Source: an uncultured Candidatus Saccharibacteria bacterium (GTDB lineage: Bacteria; Patescibacteriota; Doudnabacteria; UBA920). Taken from it: a DNA stretch of 64,000 nucleotides. Below, one piece after another: positions 48,701-57,039 of the stretch; position 1 is the first letter of the stretch, and every line of letters begins with the position of its first letter. The translations under genes were made by a program, and so were the position numbers. Below the pieces are notes generated by a model. It saw only the letters and a program-made list of their open reading frames with translations. It made no database searches and was not told the DNA's origin. The DNA lies in assembly GCA_964384035.1 (NCBI GenBank), contig CAYLIB010000006.1, forward strand, positions 13,336 through 77,335. The letters are read 5' to 3'.

Positions 48701-50368
48701 ATGATCACAGAGTTCGAAAAATTTACATATTATGACCTAAGGTTAGAAGCCGAAAGTGGACGACTTCCTAAAATTACTGGAAGAGAAGACGAGGTCTCGC
48801 GTTTGCTCAGAATAATTTCCAGTACCCTGGGTAGGCACAGTATTCTTGTTGCCGAAAGTGGGGTAGGGAAGAGTTCTATTATTTTCGGTTTAGCCGAACG
48901 TATTGCTCGTACTGGTTGGAGAAAAGGTTTGCCTGTGGCTATGCTTGAACCAAACTCCGCATCTCGTATTGGTCTGCTGAGAGAGGCAGGTTTAGGTCCG
49001 TATTTAAGAGCATTTGAATCGCTGACGAGGGGGGTAATTGTCCTCGATGGTTTTGGCGAATGGGTTTATGAGCAACCCAACTCTCTTTCAAATTGGAACA
49101 GTCTCATAAAACCCCTTCTAAATCTAGATGAAGTTTCTCTCATACTCGCTATGCAACCCAAAGAGTTAGAGTGGCTCAAGGTTCATAAAAGTCATTTTGT
49201 CGCACGGTTTCAAATTGTGAACATCGATCCTCTCCCTATGAAAGATTCACGAACAGTATTAATAAATACTGCTAAGAGGCTAGAGAATGAAACCCTAAAA
49301 ATAGAGGCAAGCGCTATTGAAGCAGCTTTAAATTTACCCGAAAGATTTAAAAGGTTGGGTCCATTACCTAAGTCAGGTATGGCTCTTTTGGACGAAGCGG
49401 TTACAGAGTTAAGGATTAATCCGCTATCTTTTAAATTTAATAAGGTGAATCATGAAATCATAGAAAGAGTAACAGCAAGTAAACTTCATTTACCCTTAGC
49501 AAAAGTAGCAGCAGAGGATATTGCGCGTATAAAAAGTTTGCCCGAGGTTTTAAAGAAGAGTGTTCTTGGTCAAGATAAGGCTATTTCAGAAATAGCTGGG
49601 TTCATTCAGAGATCCAAGTTAGGTTTAAGAAACCCAGATAGACCCCTGGCATCATTCTTGTTACTAGGACCCTCTGGTGTAGGTAAGACCGAAACAGCTA
49701 AGACTCTATCTGACATAGTTTTCGGTGGTACGGGTTTTCTAAGACTCGATATGTCAGAGTTCGCGGCAGAACATAGTGTAGCGAGGTTAATTGGTTCACC
49801 TCCTGGTTATGTAGGGTATGATGTTGGGGGTCAGTTAACAACTCATCTTGAATCACACCCGCATTCCTTAATACTTTTAGATGAAATAGAGAAAGCTCAT
49901 CCAAAAATTTTCGACATATTCCTTCAGGTTCTAGATGATGGACGCCTAACATCAAGTCAGGGAGTCGTAATAGACGCAACCCAATGTATATTTATAGCCA
50001 CCTCTAACCTAGCAGTGGATGAAATCCTAAAAGTAGAGAATTCGGATACAGCTGAATACTTAAGTACTAATATTATTCCTGAGCTTCAAAAGTTCCTTAG
50101 GACGGAATTCTTGAATCGTTTCGATTCTTTAGTTGTTTTTAAGAAACTAAGCGAAGAATCACTAGTTCAGATTGCCTTAAAGGAAATTACTAAAATGGAA
50201 GATCGGTTTAAGAATAAGGGTATAAAATTTAAAGTCGATCCTGTTGTCTTAAAGTCAGTAGTTGCCTCGCAGTCAGACCCACGTTTTGGGGCTCGTCCAA
50301 TAAAACGTCTAGTAGAGAAAATTTGCGAAACAGCAGTAGTAGATAGTTTATTAAATTCAAATCAATGA
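48701..50368 (+). CDS. Clp/Hsp100-family double-AAA+ protein lacking N- and M-domains, with degenerate D1
   Basis: D1: GESGVGKSS Walker A, but Walker B is VIVLDGFGEW (Glu to Gly). D2 intact: GPSGVGKTE, LILLDEIEKAH, sensor ATSN, GARPIKR. Strong similarity to ClpA/ClpB D2 (SVARLIGSPPGYVGY, QVLDDGRLT). Confidence 0.85.
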   Translation: MITEFEKFTYYDLRLEAESGRLPKITGREDEVSRLLRIISSTLGRHSILVAESGVGKSSIIFGLAERIARTGWRKGLPVAMLEPNSASRIGLLREAGLGPYLRAFESLTRGVIVLDGFGEWVYEQPNSLSNWNSLIKPLLNLDEVSLILAMQPKELEWLKVHKSHFVARFQIVNIDPLPMKDSRTVLINTAKRLENETLKIEASAIEAALNLPERFKRLGPLPKSGMALLDEAVTELRINPLSFKFNKVNHEIIERVTASKLHLPLAKVAAEDIARIKSLPEVLKKSVLGQDKAISEIAGFIQRSKLGLRNPDRPLASFLLLGPSGVGKTETAKTLSDIVFGGTGFLRLDMSEFAAEHSVARLIGSPPGYVGYDVGGQLTTHLESHPHSLILLDEIEKAHPKIFDIFLQVLDDGRLTSSQGVVIDATQCIFIATSNLAVDEILKVENSDTAEYLSTNIIPELQKFLRTEFLNRFDSLVVFKKLSEESLVQIALKEITKMEDRFKNKGIKFKVDPVVLKSVVASQSDPRFGARPIKRLVEKICETAVVDSLLNSNQ

Positions 50369-50595
50369 AGATTCAAGAGCAAATAGAGAAAGAGTTCAAA
50401 GAAGCTCTGTTAAACATAAAACCGTATGTAAGTTTAAAGTGGTTACAAAAGGTAGAAGCAAGATTTAAATCTCATAAAGAAGAGCTGGATTTAATAGAAG
50501 CAGGTGAAGAAATACGTAGACATAAGAAATCACAATTCTCAGAGATTCTACCCCCTCAGTATTTTGAGCAAATATTTATGAAAAAAAATGATTGA
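50365..50595 (+). CDS. hypothetical small helical protein
   Basis: 76 aa. Start overlaps the upstream stop (ATGA). Stop overlaps the next gene's start. Confidence 0.5.
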   Translation: MKIQEQIEKEFKEALLNIKPYVSLKWLQKVEARFKSHKEELDLIEAGEEIRRHKKSQFSEILPPQYFEQIFMKKND

Positions 50596-51904
50596 AAAAT
50601 CTGTACTCATCGGAGAAAACGTTTTTAGAAATAATACCACCCCTATTCGCTATAAAGACGCAGACAGGCTTAGGCATATGTATATGGTAGGCAAAACAGG
50701 GTCCGGGAAATCCAGTCTCTTTTTGCAAATGTGCTTACAAGACATATTAGCTTTCAAAGGGGTCTGCTTCATAGACCCCCACGGCGATGCGATTAACTGG
50801 CTTCTTTCAAGAATTCCAAAAGGAAGACTGGAAGACGTTGTGGTTATTAAACCTGGAGATGTAAATTTCCCAGTAGGGCTAAATTTACTAGAAGTCTCCG
50901 CAGGAGAAAATAGTAGTTTTTTGGTGAGTGAACTCATCAATATTTTTTATCGTCTGTTCGACCCAGAAAAAACCGGTATCATAGGTCCCCAATTCGAACA
51001 CTGGCTCAGAAACGGAGCGCTTACAGTAATGGCAGACCCAAACGGAGGGACGCTTTTAGAAATTCCCAAACTCTTTTCCGACAAGAAGTTTGAAAGCTAC
51101 AAAAGACAGTTCATAAAAGATCCGCTCGTTATGGAATTTTGGCAATCCCAGATGTCTAAGACGTCAGATTTTCACCGAAGCGAAATGTTAAATTACTTTA
51201 CTTCAAAGTTTGGCCAGTTTATGGGAGTGGAAACCTGCAGGAACATAGTTGGTCAAACCAACAGCACTATAAATTTTCAGGAAATTATAAATAAAGAAAA
51301 AATATTACTAGTTGACCTAAGCAAAGGCTCACTTGGTGAGCTCACGAGTAAATTTTTAGGCTTAGTACTTCTTGCAAAGCTCCAGTCCGCCGTGCTAAGT
51401 AGAGCACAGATAGGGGAGGGTGAAAGAATTCCCTTTTATTTATACGTAGACGAATTCCAAAATTTTACCACCGACACATTTCTTTCCATGCTGGCCGAGT
51501 CTAGAAAATATGGCCTAGCTGTTCATGTTACCAATCAGTATATTACCCAGTTACCCGAAGCTGTCCGCAAGGCAGTTCTAGCTAGCGTGGGTACGACTCT
51601 CTCTTTCCAAGTCGGTGCCGAGGATGCGGAGATTCTTTTACCGGAATTTTCACCTTTCTCGCTAGAAGACCTAACCAACTTACCAGCAAGAAATTTTCTA
51701 CTAAGACTAATGGTGGACGGTAGGACCACAGAAGCTTTCTCCGGCCAGACCATTAGCCACGACACCCTGCTTTCAAAGCATCTTGCTTTCAGTGAAGAAG
51801 AAACCGTCCCACAAGAACTAGTTCTAGAAGCATCAAGATTAATGCACTCCACTCCTGTAGCCTTGGTGCAAAAACAAATCCTCTCCCGTCTAGGTATAAA
51901 TTAG
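50588..51904 (+). CDS. AAA_10/DUF87-type P-loop ATPase (TraG/VirD4/HerA-FtsK superfamily)
   Basis: Walker A MVGKTGSGKSS followed by FIDPHGD. Walker B-like FYLYVDEFQNF with RKYGLAVHVTNQYITQL (TraG-D_C-like block). No TM segment. Confidence 0.75.
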   Translation: MIEKSVLIGENVFRNNTTPIRYKDADRLRHMYMVGKTGSGKSSLFLQMCLQDILAFKGVCFIDPHGDAINWLLSRIPKGRLEDVVVIKPGDVNFPVGLNLLEVSAGENSSFLVSELINIFYRLFDPEKTGIIGPQFEHWLRNGALTVMADPNGGTLLEIPKLFSDKKFESYKRQFIKDPLVMEFWQSQMSKTSDFHRSEMLNYFTSKFGQFMGVETCRNIVGQTNSTINFQEIINKEKILLVDLSKGSLGELTSKFLGLVLLAKLQSAVLSRAQIGEGERIPFYLYVDEFQNFTTDTFLSMLAESRKYGLAVHVTNQYITQLPEAVRKAVLASVGTTLSFQVGAEDAEILLPEFSPFSLEDLTNLPARNFLLRLMVDGRTTEAFSGQTISHDTLLSKHLAFSEEETVPQELVLEASRLMHSTPVALVQKQILSRLGIN

Positions 51905-51957
51905 TCTTGTAAAATTATGAGGAAATACATACATTTAGTACTAGTAAAGGAGGACTT

Positions 51958-52128
51958 ATGGGTTTCGATCTATCATGGACTCATGTGGAAAATCAACTTC
52001 TGCGTGAGTTGGTCAAACAATACTTGGGCTATCTATTGCTCGGACTCGTAGGAGTTGTTGTGGGGTTATTACTAGTAACCCTAGTAAAGCTCTGTTTATG
52101 GCTTTATGCTTTCAACTTAATGTGCTAA
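51958..52128 (+). CDS. 56-aa hydrophobic peptide (candidate modified-peptide precursor or small membrane protein), not in ORF track
   Basis: AAGGAGG RBS 6 nt upstream. MGFDLSWTHVENQLLRELVKQYLG followed by Leu/Val/Gly-rich core ending LMC. Own terminator immediately downstream. Confidence 0.5.
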   Translation: MGFDLSWTHVENQLLRELVKQYLGYLLLGLVGVVVGLLLVTLVKLCLWLYAFNLMC

Positions 52129-52147
52129 ACAAAGCACTTTTTTATTT
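52122..52147 (+). terminator. attenuator-like terminator directly after the small peptide gene
   Basis: gtgct-aaacaa-agcac followed by ttttttattt. Overlaps the stop codon. Confidence 0.5.
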
Positions 52148-52215
52148 GCCCAGTTATACTTATAATCCATAGGTTAGGGAACCACAGTACTTTTCAAAAT
52201 TCAAGGAGAAAAACA

Positions 52216-53586
52216 ATGAAGATAGCGCTCATTATGTCGCACGGGAAAGTCCATGGTAAAAACGGAATTTTCCAAAAAGCTCTGCGTTACGCTCCGCTCA
52301 CTCTACCTACACTGGCAGCTCTCGTACCTGAAGAGCTTAAAGCGGAAATAACCATCTATGACGAAGGCGTCGAAGATGTAAGCATAGACAAAATTGATGC
52401 AGACATTGTCGGGCTCTCATGTATAACGGGGATAGCTTACCATGTCTACGAAACCTCTGCTCGGCTAAGACAGCGAGGAATTAAAACCGTAATTGGTGGA
52501 TTGCACGCAACACTCTGTCCGACAGAAGCAATGAATTACGCAGACTGTGTTATAACCGGTTTTGCAGAACGAACGTGGCCACAAGCTTTAAGAGATTTTA
52601 GTAATGGTCAGCTTAAAAGTCGTTACGACCAAGAGCAGCCATTCAAATTCGAAGGTATACCAATACCAAGGCGTGATCTCTTAAAGAAAAACGCCTACAT
52701 CACTATGAATACAATTCAGGCAACCAGAGGGTGCTACCAAAAATGCGACTTCTGTGTGGTGCCCAATGCATGGGGGAGTTTCTGGTCCAGACCCGTTCGC
52801 GAAGTCATCGAAGAAATCGAAAAGTTAGACAAAGGTCCATTTCTGTTTCTCGATCTTTCACCAAACGAAGATCCCGAGTACCTAAAGAAGCTCTACAAAG
52901 AACTCATCCCTTTGAAACGCATTTGGGGTGGTCTTGCGACCATCGAAATCTCACGAGATAAAGAACTTCTGAATCTCGCGAATAAAAGTGGTTGTCGCGG
53001 TCTGCTCATTGGTTTCGAATCAGTAAACCAAGAGACTCTTCGTTTGATGGGTAAAGGCAAGCTTAATGTAGCCGACCAGTACTATGAAGACGTAAAGCGT
53101 CTACACGGCGCAGGTATCGGAATTAATGGTTGTTTTGTTTCGGGGCATGACGGAGATGACGAAAGTTGTTTTGAAAGAACGTTAGAATTCGTGGATCGTG
53201 CAAAAATCGACCTACCTCGATTTTCAATCGTAACGCCTTTTCCAGGGACGGCACTTTATAACAAACTCAAGAGTCAAAATCGTTTGCTAATGGATGGTGT
53301 TTCTGGGTGGCAACATTACAACTCGCAAGAAGTAGTCTTTAAGCCCATTGCCATGACACCCGACCAACTACTCGCAGGTCACCAGTGGCTCTGGCGGGAG
53401 GCATATCGTCTTCCTGTTATAGCCCGTAGGTTCTTAGGTTCACCGGCGCTTCACACCGTAATGGCTTTAAAGCACGTTCTGCCAGCCAATATGGCGTACA
53501 GGTTCTTTGCTGACAAATTACCAGAACTAATGATGACCACCTGCGAAACCCCCTCCACCTCCCTCCCCCTGCTCCTGTCCCAGTAG
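52216..53586 (+). CDS. class B (N-terminal B12-binding domain) radical SAM enzyme, paralog 1
   Basis: B12-binding-like N-domain. CYQKCDFC (Cx3Cx2C). Shared blocks LIGFESVN and TPFPGT with the other two paralogs. Confidence 0.85.
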   Translation: MKIALIMSHGKVHGKNGIFQKALRYAPLTLPTLAALVPEELKAEITIYDEGVEDVSIDKIDADIVGLSCITGIAYHVYETSARLRQRGIKTVIGGLHATLCPTEAMNYADCVITGFAERTWPQALRDFSNGQLKSRYDQEQPFKFEGIPIPRRDLLKKNAYITMNTIQATRGCYQKCDFCVVPNAWGSFWSRPVREVIEEIEKLDKGPFLFLDLSPNEDPEYLKKLYKELIPLKRIWGGLATIEISRDKELLNLANKSGCRGLLIGFESVNQETLRLMGKGKLNVADQYYEDVKRLHGAGIGINGCFVSGHDGDDESCFERTLEFVDRAKIDLPRFSIVTPFPGTALYNKLKSQNRLLMDGVSGWQHYNSQEVVFKPIAMTPDQLLAGHQWLWREAYRLPVIARRFLGSPALHTVMALKHVLPANMAYRFFADKLPELMMTTCETPSTSLPLLLSQ

Positions 53587-53721
53587 TATTGAAATTAAGC
53601 ATAGTGAGGGGTGGCGCGGAGGCGGATCCCTTAAGTAGCGCGCAGTGCATCCGAGCACTACTTAAGGTGCCGCAGTGACAGGACCCCGGTGTATTAGAAA
53701 TGGATGTGAAATGGAGATTAG

Positions 53722-55107
53722 ATGAGAGATTCATTTAAAATAACGCTTATCGTTCCGCACGTTGGTCGTAAAGACCCAACCAACTTAAAAGAGTATGTAA
53801 GAACTTGGCAAATGCCGAGTCTCACTATGCCCATCCTCGCGGGTCTCACCCCAAAAGACGTCGAGATTAAATTCTTCGACGAACGCGTCGAGTTCATAGA
53901 CTTCGAAGACAAGACTGATCTCGTAGCCATCACTGTCGAAACATTCACTGCCAAGCGCGCCTACGAAATTTCTGCAATCTACAAAGCACGCGGCACACCT
54001 GTCGTTATGGGTGGCTACCACGCTATGCTAAAACCCGCCGAAGTTTCGCACTTCACAGACGCGTGCATTATAGGTTTTGCAGAAAGTATCTGGCCACAGG
54101 TAGTTAAAGATGCACGCAGTGGAAAGCTACAATCCGTCTACGAGAGAAGCTCTTCAAGCCCCGTAACTTTCGGTATGCCGGACCGCAGAATTTTAGGTAA
54201 GAAAAATTATTTACCTTTGGTGCTCTCAGAAACCGGCCGCGGTTGTCCGCACTCCTGCGGTTTTTGCAGTATTACCTCTGCAACTAAAGCAACCTACTGG
54301 CCTCGGCCCGTAGACGAAGTAGTAAAAGATTTGGCGGAAGCGAAATCTATCGGCATTGGAAGTGACGTCTTCCTCATAGACGACAACATCGTCGGTAATC
54401 CCCGTTACGCTAAGGAACTTTTTACCGCGTTAAAAGATTTGCGTATCCGCTGGTTCAGTCAGGGTACGCTAACTATGGCGCGCGACAAAGAACTTCTAAA
54501 GCTAATGGCCGAAAGTGGATGTATGGGAGTACTAATTGGCTTCGAGTCTGTAAACGAAAAAACTCTTAAGAGCTTCGGAAAAGATTTTAATATTCCGCTC
54601 TTAAGAGATATGAAAGAATCCGTAAAAAGAATCCACGACTTTGGAATCTGCATTTACGGCACTTACATTTTCGGTTACGACGAAAGCCTGGAAGACATTC
54701 TCGCGACCGCACATTCGGCCGAAGACCTAGAGCTTTTTATGGTCGCCTTCAACCATATGATTCCTTTCCCAGGGACTAGGTTGTTTAAGGAACTAGAGGA
54801 TTCTGGGCAACTTACCGACACCGAGTGGTACCTCGATCCCAGTTATCGTTTTGGCCAAACACCCTTTACACCAAAACTCCTCTCACCTAGAGAACTTCAC
54901 GACGCCTGTATTCAAGCAAGGAAGCATTTCTACCGCTATACAAGTATTCTGAAGCGCAGTAGTAACTGGAAGGGGAACCTAACCACTCCCAGCAAAGCTC
55001 TTCGCTATTTCATAATCAACTACCTCCTTCACCGCGAGGTAGGGGAGAAAGATGGCCTACCCTTAGGTAATCTGCCAGCAAGACCGCAATTACTGGCTCC
55101 CGCGTAG
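53722..55107 (+). CDS. class B radical SAM enzyme, paralog 2
   Basis: GRGCPHSCGFCSI (Cx3Cx2C). N-terminal B12-binding-like domain. LIGFESVNEKTL, IPFPGTRLF. Confidence 0.85.
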   Translation: MRDSFKITLIVPHVGRKDPTNLKEYVRTWQMPSLTMPILAGLTPKDVEIKFFDERVEFIDFEDKTDLVAITVETFTAKRAYEISAIYKARGTPVVMGGYHAMLKPAEVSHFTDACIIGFAESIWPQVVKDARSGKLQSVYERSSSSPVTFGMPDRRILGKKNYLPLVLSETGRGCPHSCGFCSITSATKATYWPRPVDEVVKDLAEAKSIGIGSDVFLIDDNIVGNPRYAKELFTALKDLRIRWFSQGTLTMARDKELLKLMAESGCMGVLIGFESVNEKTLKSFGKDFNIPLLRDMKESVKRIHDFGICIYGTYIFGYDESLEDILATAHSAEDLELFMVAFNHMIPFPGTRLFKELEDSGQLTDTEWYLDPSYRFGQTPFTPKLLSPRELHDACIQARKHFYRYTSILKRSSNWKGNLTTPSKALRYFIINYLLHREVGEKDGLPLGNLPARPQLLAPA

Positions 55108-55131
55108 CCAAAACTACGCGGTTTTTATTTT
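55100..55131 (+). terminator. intrinsic terminator after rSAM paralog 2
   Basis: ccgcgtag-ccaaaa-ctacgcgg followed by tttttatttt. Confidence 0.55.
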
Positions 55132-55180
55132 CCCAAATAATCTATATAATATGTGTCATCGAAATAAGGAGGAAATATTT

Positions 55181-56296
55181 ATGTCCAAATATGCTTTTGA
55201 AATTGCGGATGAATCTCACGAAAGTGGGTTAAGAGAAATTTTGAGACAAACAGAAATGCCTGGTAATATCTCACTCTCATTTAGGAGAGAGCCAAATTTT
55301 TTCATTGCTGAAAAAACCGGCAACATCTCAAGTGATGTAGTGGCTGTTAGGGATCTCGATAAAAATAAGCTGGTAGGAGTAGGTGCAAGATCAATACGAA
55401 AAAACTATATAAGAGGTAAAGCAAGTAACATCGGGTACCTAAGTGCTTTAAGAGGGTTACCTGAAATCTTAGGCGGAACGCTTTTGGTCAGAGGTTTTCG
55501 TTACCTAAAAAATCTTCATAAAAAGGGAGAAGTTCCTTTCTACTACACGACCATTTTAGATGAAAATTCCTGGGCAAAGGAAATGCTCACTAGTAAGCGT
55601 TGCGGACTCCCAGTGTACGAAGATCAGGGTATATTAGTAACGCATATGCTACCTCTATATAAGAGACGTTGGAAGCAAAATAATACTCCAGGATTAAATA
55701 TAGTAAGAGTCGGTAGAGTGCCTTACCTCATTCGGCAGGTGTACGAAGTAGTTAACGAATTCAATCGTTACTATGATTACTCGGCTGTAGTGAGTTTTGA
55801 TTCTCTTAGGTCACCTGAACAGTTTTATCCAGGGTTCTCTACAGAAAATCTATTCGCAGTATTCAGGGACGGTCTCATTACTGCTACGCTCGGAGTGTGG
55901 GATCAATCCAATTTCAAGCAAACCGTAGTAACTGACTACAAGGGGTTCTTGAGTTATTTAGCCCCTTTGTCTAGTTTAGGCTCAAAACTCGGTCTAATGC
56001 CGGAATTGCCGAAGATCGGCGGGTCATTTCCTATTCTCTACGCCTGCTTTGTTACTTTAAAACAGGGATATGAGGCGGATATGGCAGTTTTACTGTCCGA
56101 GGTATTGCGACTATATTCAAATCAAGGTTATTATTATTTGCTTGCTGGGAGTCCAAAAGGCAGTCCTGTTGAAAAAATATTCGAATCACAAGAATCCTTT
56201 AGGATCACCAGTACGCTTTACAGGGTTTACTGGGAAGAAGACGCTATCTTTCTTCCAAAAACTCTGGTTCCATATCCGGAAATTGCAACGCTTTAA
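55181..56296 (+). CDS. hypothetical protein (possible GNAT-like fold, weak)
   Basis: AAGGAGG RBS before ATG 55181 (ORF track 55151). 371 aa, no confident motif. Confidence 0.55.
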   Translation: MSKYAFEIADESHESGLREILRQTEMPGNISLSFRREPNFFIAEKTGNISSDVVAVRDLDKNKLVGVGARSIRKNYIRGKASNIGYLSALRGLPEILGGTLLVRGFRYLKNLHKKGEVPFYYTTILDENSWAKEMLTSKRCGLPVYEDQGILVTHMLPLYKRRWKQNNTPGLNIVRVGRVPYLIRQVYEVVNEFNRYYDYSAVVSFDSLRSPEQFYPGFSTENLFAVFRDGLITATLGVWDQSNFKQTVVTDYKGFLSYLAPLSSLGSKLGLMPELPKIGGSFPILYACFVTLKQGYEADMAVLLSEVLRLYSNQGYYYLLAGSPKGSPVEKIFESQESFRITSTLYRVYWEEDAIFLPKTLVPYPEIATL

Positions 56297-56318
56297 ACTT
56301 AATAGGAGGCTACTGAAA

Positions 56319-57035
56319 ATGGCAATAGAGCATGCACGAGTTCTTACTTCGTCACTCTTGAGGTGCGATAGAAGAAAAATGTTCAGTCTCATGGAAGAGT
56401 GCTATTTGGGTATGAGCTGGGTTGAATTCAATCGGGACCTCGCCGAAAAAGACGAAGTAATGATACTCAGCGAAGAAGGGGAGATAGTTGGATTCTCTAC
56501 ATTGGTCACTTTTGACTTTTTAGTCGGTGAACAAATTTGTACAGCCCTTTTTTCTGGTGATACCGTCGTTAGTAAAGATAAGCGAGTCAATATTGGTTTT
56601 GCAAAGGAAATTGTTTCCTACTTCTATCAGAACATAGACTTGGGAAAAAATACTCCTGTCTATTGGACTCTCATAAGCAAAGGATGGAGAACTTTCAGAA
56701 TTCTGCCTTTTCTCTTCAGAGAGTTCTATCCAAACCCCTTTGCGAAAATTGAGAATTCGAGGCTAAAAGAAGTCAGGGATGCATTCGGAAAACACAAATA
56801 CCCGAAGTACTATAAGGAGAGAACCGGTTTAATCCAGTTTCCTACACCAGTTCAAAGACTTAAACCGCGGTCAGATGAAGCAGAATGCAATAGGGATGAT
56901 CCGTATGCAAAGTTCTTCTTCGAAAAAAACCCTGGATACTTAAACGGAGATGAATTAGTTTGTGTAGCAGAAATAAGTATCGAAAACTTCACCCGCTCCA
57001 CCATTAAACTCTTAGGCGATAAATTGCATAAGTAG
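56319..57035 (+). CDS. hypothetical protein (possible GNAT-like acyltransferase, weak)
   Basis: AGGAGG RBS before ATG 56319. ORF track 56070 is a spurious upstream extension overlapping the previous gene. VMILSEEGEIVGFSTL...VNIGFAKEI pattern is GNAT-like. Confidence 0.5.
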   Translation: MAIEHARVLTSSLLRCDRRKMFSLMEECYLGMSWVEFNRDLAEKDEVMILSEEGEIVGFSTLVTFDFLVGEQICTALFSGDTVVSKDKRVNIGFAKEIVSYFYQNIDLGKNTPVYWTLISKGWRTFRILPFLFREFYPNPFAKIENSRLKEVRDAFGKHKYPKYYKERTGLIQFPTPVQRLKPRSDEAECNRDDPYAKFFFEKNPGYLNGDELVCVAEISIENFTRSTIKLLGDKLHK

Positions 57036-57039
57036 AGAT

